Shown piece after piece: positions 9,301-17,212 of a stretch of DNA of 64,000 nucleotides. The DNA is taken from NCBI GenBank assembly GCA_964445695.1, contig CAYULF010000028.1, positions 7,103 through 71,102 on the forward strand. Direction: 5' to 3'. Each line of letters starts with the position of its first letter. Position 1 is the stretch's first letter. Under the pieces are notes generated by a model, which was given only the letters and a program-made list of their open reading frames with translations, was not told where the DNA came from and did not search any database. Position numbers and translations under genes: made by a program. The stretch comes from an uncultured Hyphomicrobiales bacterium. Lineage in GTDB: Bacteria; Bacteroidota; Ignavibacteria; Kapaibacteriales; UBA7675.

Positions 9301-10891
9301 TGGTGAGCGCCGCGCTGTCAACACAAATGCTGCGATTGTATACCAATGTATCTTGTACCACTTCATTACGAATCTGAAGGGTCGCGCGGAACCGGGCGTC
9401 CTGTTCACGATAATTGATACCGCCGACACCCTGGATGTCGTTGGACAGGTTCTGATACGTCACAATCGGCCGGAAGCTACCCAGCAAGGTGTTTCCGATC
9501 AGAAGTTCATAATTGTCCGGATCCGCAACCGGAATGGTGTACTGGAGAGTTTGCGGATCTTTCATCAGGAATTCAATCCGCACAGCTCTGAAAAGATTCC
9601 GGTATTGTTTAAAACGCAAGGCATTGTTGGGACCAAGCACATTCTCAATCGCATGGGGTGTATCCGTTTCCCGGACAAATACCTGCCCGTCGCGTAATCC
9701 TTCGGTATACTGCACATAGCGATTGACTTCCCCTTTGTTGTCCTTGTAGCGTGCCTGTCCACGAAGACCGACGGTTGCATTCTGCCGAACGATAGCGGAT
9801 GAACTCACGGGGCGATTGTTTACAATGAGGATCGGTGAGGAGTACTTGTGAGTCAGAACGACGACGGAGCTATCCTTGCTGTTTAAGGTCACGTGTGCAT
9901 TAACGGTAAACGCCACACGCTGCTCACCCGTCTGCGCATCATTTGCAAACACAATGTCAGGCAAGCCCGCATCGGGATGTTGTTTGGCGCCGATCGGAAC
10001 GAGATTGACAAAGTAGATTGTCAATTCTTTGTTGTCCGCTGATCGCCAGTACCACACCTGACCAAAATCTTCCGCCTCATTGGTGTTAATGTTAAACTGG
10101 GGAAGCTGCCAGTCATCCCAAAAAGCGGCAATCAAGGGCGTTTCTTCAATCATACCGGACTGTGCAAAACCATCGGCATCCAGCGAGGTATTGCGCGCAG
10201 CCCGAATTCCGGCAAGCGGATCGTCGGGATCGCCGCCGCAGGCCACGTGATAATACCCCCAATCGTCCGCGACGGCATCGTTAACACCACGTGTATTCTG
10301 GGCGTCATTGCGGACACGCGTATCGTCGCTCTCCGAGTCCCAGGCCGTGGATTTTCCTTCCGGTATTGTTCGTTCGCCGTTGGCATCGTAATAGTAACGC
10401 CGGTTGCTCAGCGCAATCAGTCCGTTGCTCGACACGTAAAAACTATCGTATCGCACACCGTTAAAATAGTACGGGAAGCCTATGTTGATCGGCCCCGCAA
10501 AGGCATTGTCGGTTGAATCTTCCCGATCTCCCGGATTTCTGAAATAAGCAAAACCCTCTTTGTTAGTCGTCCAGTGTTCAGCCGGAAACTGATTCGGCCC
10601 CGAGACAATTCTGTGCCAGGCTTCGGGTTCTTTATCGAGGGATCGCAGAAGATCCACCACGTTCGGACGTAGCGGCGTGTCCAACGGATCTTCGCTGTTG
10701 AGCATGTAATAACCAGTGGAAATCGCCGGTTGGTTGCGCTCCCAGTCAGCCTTCAGGTTAAACGGCCCGGGAAGCGATTGTCCGCTGGTTGCAGCGGCGA
10801 CGGGATCGCCTGCGTTTTTGTCGGCGCAAAGAAGATTAAACGGGGAAATCAATAAAGCGCTGAGGAATAAACAATGTAGCAGTCGTCCCAC
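6371..10891 (-). CDS. Large secreted surface protein (1506 aa) with T9SS-type CTD; paralog B
   Basis: GTG start with GGAGG SD and a signal peptide. Collinear along its whole length with 1399-5883 and 11362-15870 (STGYY..SED, SGPNQFP, DDSTDNAFAGP, FQNLSNDIQG, GNGVPPY, FSYQRTG, RGSWIP, PVEL module). Confidence 0.93.
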   Translation of the reverse strand: MGRLLHCLFLSALLISPFNLLCADKNAGDPVAAATSGQSLPGPFNLKADWERNQPAISTGYYMLNSEDPLDTPLRPNVVDLLRSLDKEPEAWHRIVSGPNQFPAEHWTTNKEGFAYFRNPGDREDSTDNAFAGPINIGFPYYFNGVRYDSFYVSSNGLIALSNRRYYYDANGERTIPEGKSTAWDSESDDTRVRNDAQNTRGVNDAVADDWGYYHVACGGDPDDPLAGIRAARNTSLDADGFAQSGMIEETPLIAAFWDDWQLPQFNINTNEAEDFGQVWYWRSADNKELTIYFVNLVPIGAKQHPDAGLPDIVFANDAQTGEQRVAFTVNAHVTLNSKDSSVVVLTHKYSSPILIVNNRPVSSSAIVRQNATVGLRGQARYKDNKGEVNRYVQYTEGLRDGQVFVRETDTPHAIENVLGPNNALRFKQYRNLFRAVRIEFLMKDPQTLQYTIPVADPDNYELLIGNTLLGSFRPIVTYQNLSNDIQGVGGINYREQDARFRATLQIRNEVVQDTLVYNRSICVDSAALTNSDLTGVQLVNYKGEALEFTGNGVPPYGFVQVAFPDFETNFQPDLVGRLRADALAQNLSCTDVKLGEEWTFDNTCSIRLHGLQVLSSFYDNVSGFHFTRRNGTIPDSYKWVSHGAEAVDGRKHTFNPPPPIDVVEAPGNPDITLVGPVMRMNRIDENGRDQTPGGDELISFPIDLRGRSSAVLSFSYQRTGIPPANTFDRGWSDEIRIGPEVRVVEDGQWESTAPLQEPDVLELHFANPSPDSFNNIVNIPDDGWSVHPNIADLDNPIVDNPAFTVFGGGGYRRGFHEDNPDSALTRRQGLRYDSLDAGSDPAFVKAWVCVPDYILNAPSDGNRYFRFKLKVKAKDDGIVKYPRDDFDDFYIDNVVVMPPTETPDLEMSTVTIGQQNEAFPYSAFPASQAEGIPIQIKIVNNSNLPSRAFSAVAMLSEKGGGTEKIAYCWVQTLPFLRAKTETVKIFPIWNSRQFRSLTYFAAAKVLVPGGDPNPLNDITSSFYTLDFANVLAYDKPDIVGTNSAESFAETPGKGINLRAYNSGRFSSATAFGDDAGSVSGRIAVKFGLSRQDTILGYQPYFAALADNTQEVHFAIHENEGGIPAPNPLPGSFMRRERGRYDLDAREQPSTGATDDLIFGEYATYLLPKELVLPPGKYWMVISQTGQEGLELGASAYRMGMQTLNYTTKPEPGGSSAGMMLSHNFRTRTRQGELINDNHFLYVNSLFGDDWQQFTPTVGNPAYAHLDHAGEINGLRTYTRGSWIPMLRPYFGPRTWADPPIYIDPFNCPIIPPVELASFDGEALPPRGIELYWLTASESGNAGFYVERRTVGYSAEFNSIGFVKGAGTATRQINYDLLDSKVERGTTYEYRLRQVDYDGTVEYSRSVTVEYDYADSLDLRNTPNPISESTDISFGLPASAAVRLEIQDVLGNTIRLLTEGQMRPTARTTVKWDTRDERGLQVAAGLYFCRLTVGEQTVVRMLNVVR

Positions 10892-11162
10892 ACAGTCCTC
10901 CAGTCAAAATTTCGTCAGCCGGTTAAAGTGATCTGTTTGCGGCAGCCTGGTACCACATCTCAACTTGGCTCTGTACTGCAAGCCGCACTTCATGTTACTC
11001 ACGCCATGCAGTTCGGTGCATGAAAGTTCGAATTGCAACTCGCTTTCAACTTCGCGGTTTCGCGAAAATTGACAGTAGCTTTGTTGAACACTCAACAACA
11101 ATCGAGAAGGCTGTTCATCAAGGTGGGGGGCAAACTTGAGGGATTGCGTCGGGTCAGTGGTT

Positions 11163-11188
11163 AACACGTATTACCGGTCGAGGTTACA
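11163..11188 (-). promoter_or_regulatory. Conserved motif TGTAACC-N14-GTGTT upstream of paralog B
   Basis: AACAC at 11163-11167 and GGTTACA at 11182-11188. Confidence 0.7.
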
Positions 11189-11292
11189 GCTTGACAGGCA
11201 TAGTTGACGCGGATTGTGGTTCTGCAGAATTGAGAGTTAATACATTTAATGTGTGCGCTGAAGAAACATACAAACATGTGCAAAAGTGTTTA

Positions 11293-11331
11293 AAAATCGA
11301 AAACCCCCGAACATTTCTGTCCGGGGGTTTT
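11293..11331 (-). terminator. Strong intrinsic terminator of the 11362-15870 gene
   Basis: Minus strand reads AAAACCCCCGGACA-GAAA-TGTTCGGGGGTTTT then CGATTTTT. Confidence 0.9.
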
Positions 11332-11361
11332 CTTATCTATTTACCGTAGAACGGCGATGAA

Positions 11362-14300
11362 TTACTTCACCACGTTCAGGGTACGAACGATCGTCTCTTC
11401 GCCGATAGTCAGGCGGCAGATGTAAGCACCTGCAGCAACTTCGGCACCCGTGTTGTCGCGGGTATCCCAGGAGATCGTTTTCTCAGCAGCCGGACGCATG
11501 TCGCCGTCGTGCAGAACGCGGACGGAGTTGCCAAGTACGTCGATGATTTCGAGGCGTACATTGGAAGCGCTCGGGACGCTGAAGGTAATGTCGGTCATTT
11601 CCGTAAACGGATTCGGCTTGTTGGCCAGTTGCAGAGCGTCGGCATAGTCGTATTCCAGCGTGATAGCACGCGAGAAGGAGACCGAGCCGTCAAAGTCAAC
11701 CTGGCGCAGACGGTATTCGTACGTTTCACCGCGGAATACGTCGGCATCCAGGAAGTCATACTTGACCGGAGCCGTCGAGGAACCAGCACCTTGAACAAAG
11801 CCGAGCGACAGGTATTCGCTGTCGGAGCCGGCCATGCGGCGCTCAACGTAGAAACCGGCGTTGTTGGTTTCCGAAGCGGTCGCCCAGTACAGTTCGATAC
11901 CGGCGGGCGGCAGCGACTCACCATCGAAGTCGGTCAGTTCGACCGGAGCGAATTTCTCGCACTCTTCGAAGTCAACGTACTGCGGCGGGTTGCTGAAGGC
12001 GCGCTCACCAAAGTACGGGCGGATCAGCGGAATCCAGCTACCGCGTGTGTAGGTGCGATAGAAGACAACCTGACCGGTGTGCGCAAGGTGCGCATAACCC
12101 GGGTTGCCGATGGTCGGCGAGAACTGCGACCATGCACCACTGCGATAGGTGTTTTCGTATGCGAACCAGCTACCGTTGATCAGCTGACCGGAGCGATTGC
12201 GCTCGCGCAGCGTTTTGTCAATGATAAGGCTGGTACCGCTGACACCAAGGACCGGAATCGTCGTGTAGTTCGTCGTTTGCATACCCATGCGGGAAGCCGT
12301 AGCACCAAGTTCGAAACCTTCCGTACCCATCTGAGCAACGGCCATCCAGTAGATACCCGGCGAAAGAACAACTTCTTTCGGCAGCAGGTAGGTGGCGTAC
12401 TCATTGAAGATCGGGTCGGACTGCGAAGTAGCCGGACGGCCTTGAGCGTCGAGGTCATAGAGACCACGCTGACGCAGCATGCGCGTACCGGAAACTTGCG
12501 TTGCCGACGGGCTTCCGCCGCCGTCTTCGTAGATCGAGTAGGTTGTATTCAGAACATCGGAGTTAAGGCTACCGAAGTGAGCCTGATAACCGAGGATCGT
12601 ATCCTGCGTGAACAGTTCGAACTTCATCGCGATCTGACCGGAACGGTTACCAGCATCGGAGCCAAAGGCCGTCGAAGCCGAGAAACCACCGCTGTTGGCG
12701 CCGGAGAGGTTAAGACCTTTACCGGTAGCCTGCGAGAATTGCGGAACGTCGTTCGTACCGGTCGGGTTCGGCGGATCGTAAGCAAACGCCTGACCGAAGA
12801 CCAGGTTGAATTCACCGTAGGTCGTGTCGTTCAGAGGCTCGGGATCGCCGCCGGGGATGCGCATACGAGCAGCCAGGATATAGCGGCCCGGACGCGTCTG
12901 GCGAGCATTCCATACCGGGAAGGCTTTAACCGACTCGGTTTGAGCGCGCAGGAACGGCAGCGTTTGTGCACGGCAGTATACGCGCAGTTCATCGGAAGCA
13001 CCGCGTTCTTTGATCAGAACCTGAACAGCGAAAGCGCGCGAGGGAATGATGCTGTTGTTGGACAGTTTCACTTCAACCGGAACGCTGGAAGCCTGGCTGG
13101 CAGGAACCATCGTGTACGGCCAGTTCACGCGAACAAGGCTGATTTCCAGGTCGGGCGTTTCTGTCGGGAACAGGATCGCCGTGTTGTCAATGTAGAAGCG
13201 GTCATCGTCATCCTGCGGGTTCGGCGGAACACTGTTACGGCTCGCGCGAACGCTCAGTTTGAAGCGGAAGAAACGAGCGCCGTCGTTCGGGGCGTCGAGG
13301 ATGTAGCTCGGGATTTCAACAAAGACTTTGTTGAATTCCTGGTCTTTACCATCGTCGAACTGATCGTAGCGCAGACCGTCCGCATTCGTCAGAGCCGAAT
13401 CGGAGTTCATCTCATGCCAGCCGCGACGGAAACCACCACCACCAAAGACGGTGAAGGACGGGTTGTTCGAGATGGGCTTGGCAGGATCAGCCAGGTTGGG
13501 GTGCGTGCCCCAGCCGCGCGGCTCAATGTTCGTGATGTTGTTGTAAGCATCCGGGCTCGGGTTGGCAAAATCCAGCTCAAGCAGGTCAGGACGCTGTACC
13601 GGAGACGTCGTTTCCCAGTTACCGTCCTGAACGACACGGATCTCCGGGCCGATCAGAGTAGCGTCGGACCAACCGCGGTCAAACGTGTTGTCCGGCGGAA
13701 CACCGGTACGCTGGTACGAGAAGGACAGGATCGCCGAGGAGCGACCGCGCAGGTCGACAGGGAACGAACGGAGTTCGTCACCGTTCGGAGCCAGGTCATT
13801 ACCGGCAAGGTCAAAGCGATTCATGCGGATAACAGGCGAGTTCAGAGTTACGAACTCGTTGTTGGCCGACGAGAATTCACCTCTCGGCGGCGGCGGGTTG
13901 AAGGTGTTGGCGTCGCCGTCAACAGCCTCAGCGCCCAGCGAGACCCACTTGTTCACTGACGGAAGGGTACCTTCGCGACGTGAGAAGTTAAAGTCCGTAA
14001 CGTTGTCCGAGAAGCTGTTGAGGATGCGGATACCAAACAGACGGATACGCGTGGTATCGTCAAAGGCCCATTGATCGCCGTAACCTGCACGCGAACCGGA
14101 ACATTGTGCCGGCTCACCGATAACCAGCGAGGTCAAACGACCAATCTGGTTCGGCAGGAACTGGTTCGTTTTGTAGGCCGGGAATTTGACTTCCACAAAG
14201 CCGTACGGCGGAACGCCGTTGCCGTTGAACGGCACGGACTCACCAGCGAAGTTGACAAGACGCACACCCGAAACGTTCGAGTTGGCCAGCGCAAAGCTGT

Positions 14301-15870
14301 CAACACAAACCTGACGGCTGTAGACGATCGTGTCATTCAGAATGTCATTCTGGATTTTGAAACGGGTGCGGAAGGTCAGATCCTGTTTCTGGAAGTTGAC
14401 ACCGCGCGTGCCTTGAATGTCGTTCGTCAGGTTCTGGAAGATGGCCACAGGTTGCAGCGCACCGAGAAGCTGATCGCCGACGAGAAGCTCGTAGTTGTTC
14501 GGGTCGGAAACCGAGATGTTAAACTTGCCGTCGGTCGGATCCGGAATCAGATAGTTGATACGAACCACGCGCAGCACGTTTTTGTACTGCTTGAATTTGA
14601 TGGCAAGGTCAGTGTTCGGCGTCGAAGTCTCGGAGTTAACCGGACCAACAACAAACACGTTGCGGTTCCACAGGTAGGTCGAGTGCTGCGTATAGCGCTG
14701 CTCCTGGAAGTTGTCATCGATGTAGCGGGCTTTACCACGCACACCAACGGTCGCATTGAAGCGCACCACGGCCCAGGGGTCGACGGGACGGTTGCCCACC
14801 ACAAACAGCGGCGGGTTTTTGAAGCGGTACAGGAAGTTGATCGTCGAGTCCGAACGATTCAGAGTCACCTGTGCGTTCACATAGAACGCCGGGCTGCCTT
14901 CACCGATGCGGTTGTTCGCGCCAAAACTGATCGTACCGCCATTGGGGTTGGTTTTCAGGCCAATCGGCGAGAGCTGCAAATAGTAGATCGTCAGACGATC
15001 GCGGCTGACCGAACGCTTGAACCATACCTGACCGTAGTCTTCTTTCAGGTTCAGTTCGTTGTTGAACTGCGAAAGTTGCCAGTCATCCCAGAACGGCGCG
15101 ATAATCGGCGCGTCCTGAATGATGCTCGTCGTGTTGATACCGGGGCCAGGGCCGAAGTCCGTCAGGTTGGAGTTCGTAGGCCAGCGGATACCGCCGGTCG
15201 GGTTGGACGGATCACCGCCGCAAGCCACCCAGGTGTAACCCCAGTCGTCGGCGATAGGATCATTCAATCCATCGGCGTCGGGATCATTACGCGTACGGGT
15301 ATCGTCGCTTTCGGGATCCCATGCGGTCGGCTGACCTTCGGGAATCGTGCGCTCGCCCGTTTCCGAATCGTAGAAGTAGCGGCGATTGCTGAGCGCAATC
15401 AGACCGTTCGTTGAGACATAAAAACTGTCATAACGAATGCCGTTGAAATAGAACGGGAAACCGATACGCATCGGACCCGCGAAGGCATTGTCAGTTGAAT
15501 CGTCTGCGTTACCGGGATTGCGGAAGTACATGTGTCCTTCCTCAAACGAATCCCAGTATTCCGCCGGAAACTGGTTCGGGCCGGAGATAATGCGACGCCA
15601 GGTACCACGCTCGGTGGTGGTATCGACGAACAGCTCAGAGGGCTTCGGCGTATAGGGGTCGCCGGCGCCATCTTCACTATCCACAATGTAATACCCGGTG
15701 GAGATCGGCGGCGACGTGCGCGGCCAATCAGCCTCGGTGTCGAAAGGTTGAGGGTACGACGCTCCCGCGCTTCGCCTCAACAGGTCATCGGCCGAGCCTT
15801 TTCCACCGGCAACCAGAGGGATGCTACCGAGAAAAGTCAGGGCCAAGACAGCTAGAAATGCACGTTTCAT
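11362..15870 (-). CDS. Large secreted surface protein (1502 aa) with T9SS-type CTD; paralog A, codon-optimised (candidate major surface/S-layer-like protein)
   Basis: Start re-set to MKRAFLAV at 15870 based on the GGAG SD and the match to the start at 508. Signal peptide and the same domain order as B and C. TTC/AAC/TAC/GGT-rich codons. Confidence 0.93.
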   Translation of the reverse strand: MKRAFLAVLALTFLGSIPLVAGGKGSADDLLRRSAGASYPQPFDTEADWPRTSPPISTGYYIVDSEDGAGDPYTPKPSELFVDTTTERGTWRRIISGPNQFPAEYWDSFEEGHMYFRNPGNADDSTDNAFAGPMRIGFPFYFNGIRYDSFYVSTNGLIALSNRRYFYDSETGERTIPEGQPTAWDPESDDTRTRNDPDADGLNDPIADDWGYTWVACGGDPSNPTGGIRWPTNSNLTDFGPGPGINTTSIIQDAPIIAPFWDDWQLSQFNNELNLKEDYGQVWFKRSVSRDRLTIYYLQLSPIGLKTNPNGGTISFGANNRIGEGSPAFYVNAQVTLNRSDSTINFLYRFKNPPLFVVGNRPVDPWAVVRFNATVGVRGKARYIDDNFQEQRYTQHSTYLWNRNVFVVGPVNSETSTPNTDLAIKFKQYKNVLRVVRINYLIPDPTDGKFNISVSDPNNYELLVGDQLLGALQPVAIFQNLTNDIQGTRGVNFQKQDLTFRTRFKIQNDILNDTIVYSRQVCVDSFALANSNVSGVRLVNFAGESVPFNGNGVPPYGFVEVKFPAYKTNQFLPNQIGRLTSLVIGEPAQCSGSRAGYGDQWAFDDTTRIRLFGIRILNSFSDNVTDFNFSRREGTLPSVNKWVSLGAEAVDGDANTFNPPPPRGEFSSANNEFVTLNSPVIRMNRFDLAGNDLAPNGDELRSFPVDLRGRSSAILSFSYQRTGVPPDNTFDRGWSDATLIGPEIRVVQDGNWETTSPVQRPDLLELDFANPSPDAYNNITNIEPRGWGTHPNLADPAKPISNNPSFTVFGGGGFRRGWHEMNSDSALTNADGLRYDQFDDGKDQEFNKVFVEIPSYILDAPNDGARFFRFKLSVRASRNSVPPNPQDDDDRFYIDNTAILFPTETPDLEISLVRVNWPYTMVPASQASSVPVEVKLSNNSIIPSRAFAVQVLIKERGASDELRVYCRAQTLPFLRAQTESVKAFPVWNARQTRPGRYILAARMRIPGGDPEPLNDTTYGEFNLVFGQAFAYDPPNPTGTNDVPQFSQATGKGLNLSGANSGGFSASTAFGSDAGNRSGQIAMKFELFTQDTILGYQAHFGSLNSDVLNTTYSIYEDGGGSPSATQVSGTRMLRQRGLYDLDAQGRPATSQSDPIFNEYATYLLPKEVVLSPGIYWMAVAQMGTEGFELGATASRMGMQTTNYTTIPVLGVSGTSLIIDKTLRERNRSGQLINGSWFAYENTYRSGAWSQFSPTIGNPGYAHLAHTGQVVFYRTYTRGSWIPLIRPYFGERAFSNPPQYVDFEECEKFAPVELTDFDGESLPPAGIELYWATASETNNAGFYVERRMAGSDSEYLSLGFVQGAGSSTAPVKYDFLDADVFRGETYEYRLRQVDFDGSVSFSRAITLEYDYADALQLANKPNPFTEMTDITFSVPSASNVRLEIIDVLGNSVRVLHDGDMRPAAEKTISWDTRDNTGAEVAAGAYICRLTIGEETIVRTLNVVK

Positions 15871-16009
15871 AGAATGCTCCAAAAGGTGCAGGATAAAGAA
15901 ACAATGTTTATTCACACAGATTTACAGATTTCGTCGCTCTGCAGGTACTTGGGTTGCTCGGGTATTAACCCGTTAAAAATCATCGATTTAGAGCCAAACT
16001 CCGCGACAG

Positions 16010-16035
16010 AACACACAATAATTTTGCGGGTTACA
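16010..16035 (-). promoter_or_regulatory. Conserved motif TGTAACC-N14-GTGTT upstream of paralog A
   Basis: AACAC at 16010-16014 and GGTTACA at 16029-16035. Confidence 0.7.
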
Positions 16036-16140
16036 AAAAGTTTTCCCCAATCTTATCAGTTCTTTGCGAATTTTTTGAATACCTCAATTTCAGGCTGTAA
16101 ACGGCATGCAACAAGCTTGGAAGTTATGTAGGCCTGCCTT

Positions 16141-16182
16141 TAAAATCAAATGGGGCCATGTGCAAATTTTCCACATGGCCCC
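16141..16182 (-). terminator. Intrinsic terminator after the NarL-type regulator
   Basis: Perfect 11-bp stem GGGGCCATGTG/CACATGGCCCC (16152-16182) followed by ATTTGATTTTA on the minus strand. Confidence 0.75.
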
Positions 16183-16221
16183 TGATATCTCGTTGAAGTC
16201 AGCGATTTTGTCTGCTTGAAT

Positions 16222-16866
16222 CTAGTCGGTTACCTTCTCAAGCAGCCTATGCTTCAGAGCGTACTGCATCAACTCGGAGTTGGTGGCGAGTTTCATCTTC
16301 TCCAGAATGCGCTTGCGATACGTGCTGATCGTTTTCACCGACAGGTGCAGTTCCTTTGCAATACCTCCTACAGACTTGCCGGAACCGATCTGGCATAAAA
16401 TCTGGAACTCGCGGTCTGACAGAGTTTCGTGGGCGGCCAGATCCTCGGATTCACGGGCGGCATCCTCAATCAGTTTTTCCGCCAGAGATGGGCTCACATA
16501 GCGCCCGCCGGACAGGCACTTGCGAATAGCCGTCATCAGTTCGATTGTGTCTGCTGATTTGTCGACGTAACCACTGGCACCGGCTTTGAGCGCCCGCACG
16601 GCGTAACGCTCTTCCGGCTGAGCGCTTAGAATCAGAATGGGCATGTCCGATTTTGCACTGCGAAGGCTTTTCAGGAGATCGAGCCCTGCACGCCCCGGCA
16701 TGGAGAGATCAAGCAGAACGATGTCAAAATCCCGCTTTGCTATTTGCGCAAGCGCTTCTTCCCCATTTTGAGCTTCGGTGACTTCCATATCCATACTATA
16801 TGTCAGGAAGAGTTTCAGACCGCTGCGAAGAATCTGATGGTCGTCTGCTACCAGTGCTGTGTGCAT
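16222..16866 (-). CDS. NarL/FixJ-family response regulator (REC + LuxR HTH)
   Basis: VADDH, phospho-acceptor in LLDLSMPG, GASGYVDK, LSDREFQIL...IAKELHLSVKTISTYRKRILEKM. Confidence 0.95.
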   Translation of the reverse strand: MHTALVADDHQILRSGLKLFLTYSMDMEVTEAQNGEEALAQIAKRDFDIVLLDLSMPGRAGLDLLKSLRSAKSDMPILILSAQPEERYAVRALKAGASGYVDKSADTIELMTAIRKCLSGGRYVSPSLAEKLIEDAARESEDLAAHETLSDREFQILCQIGSGKSVGGIAKELHLSVKTISTYRKRILEKMKLATNSELMQYALKHRLLEKVTD

Positions 16867-17212
16867 GTACTTGCCGCAATAAATGTAATACGTTCCGTGG
16901 GTTGGCCGCGTAGCCGTCGGCGCTATCTATCAACGCCATGAAGTCGGCGTAGCCGTCAAATTTCCTGAGCTGCGAATGAACTTGCGGGCGCTTACCTTCG
17001 GACCGGCTGGGCAGCCCGGTGTTGCAAAGGGGTAAGTAAAAGGATTGGATGTTTACGCGCCTCTGACTCGGCAAAAATAACACAACAGAGGCAGCCTGCA
17101 AATTATCCGACTTTCAAAATACACCAGGCAAAAATCGACGAAATTTCGCCGAGAACATAAGATACTCGCCCTGAGATGAGAGTCAACAGACGAATTCGGT
17201 ACCAGCCGGGTC

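Noticed and set aside
11509-15414. Long plus-strand ORFs (816 aa and 447 aa) antisense to paralog A
   Set aside because: They are shadow frames caused by the biased codon usage of the real gene; V/R/D-rich nonsense with no motifs or signal peptide.
15871-15915. Longest-ORF start codons in the track (also for 5907, 20071, 22205, 24639, 43823, 44422, 45544, 53163, 60074, 60750)
   Set aside because: Downstream starts fit better with SD motifs, signal peptides, paralog alignment or avoidance of overlaps; the extensions look non-coding.
1-16200. Diversity-generating retroelement or invertible-promoter switching for the paralog array
   Set aside because: No reverse transcriptase or recombinase in the window; A/A' differences are mostly synonymous and not adenine-specific; all copies are co-oriented and no flanking inverted repeats were seen.
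16908-16957. Direct repeat GCGTAGCCGTC (16908-16918 and 16947-16957) upstream of the NarL-type gene
   Set aside because: It shares only CGTAG with the 9-2-9 operator and is not palindromic; two 11-mers in GC-rich DNA are too weak to call.
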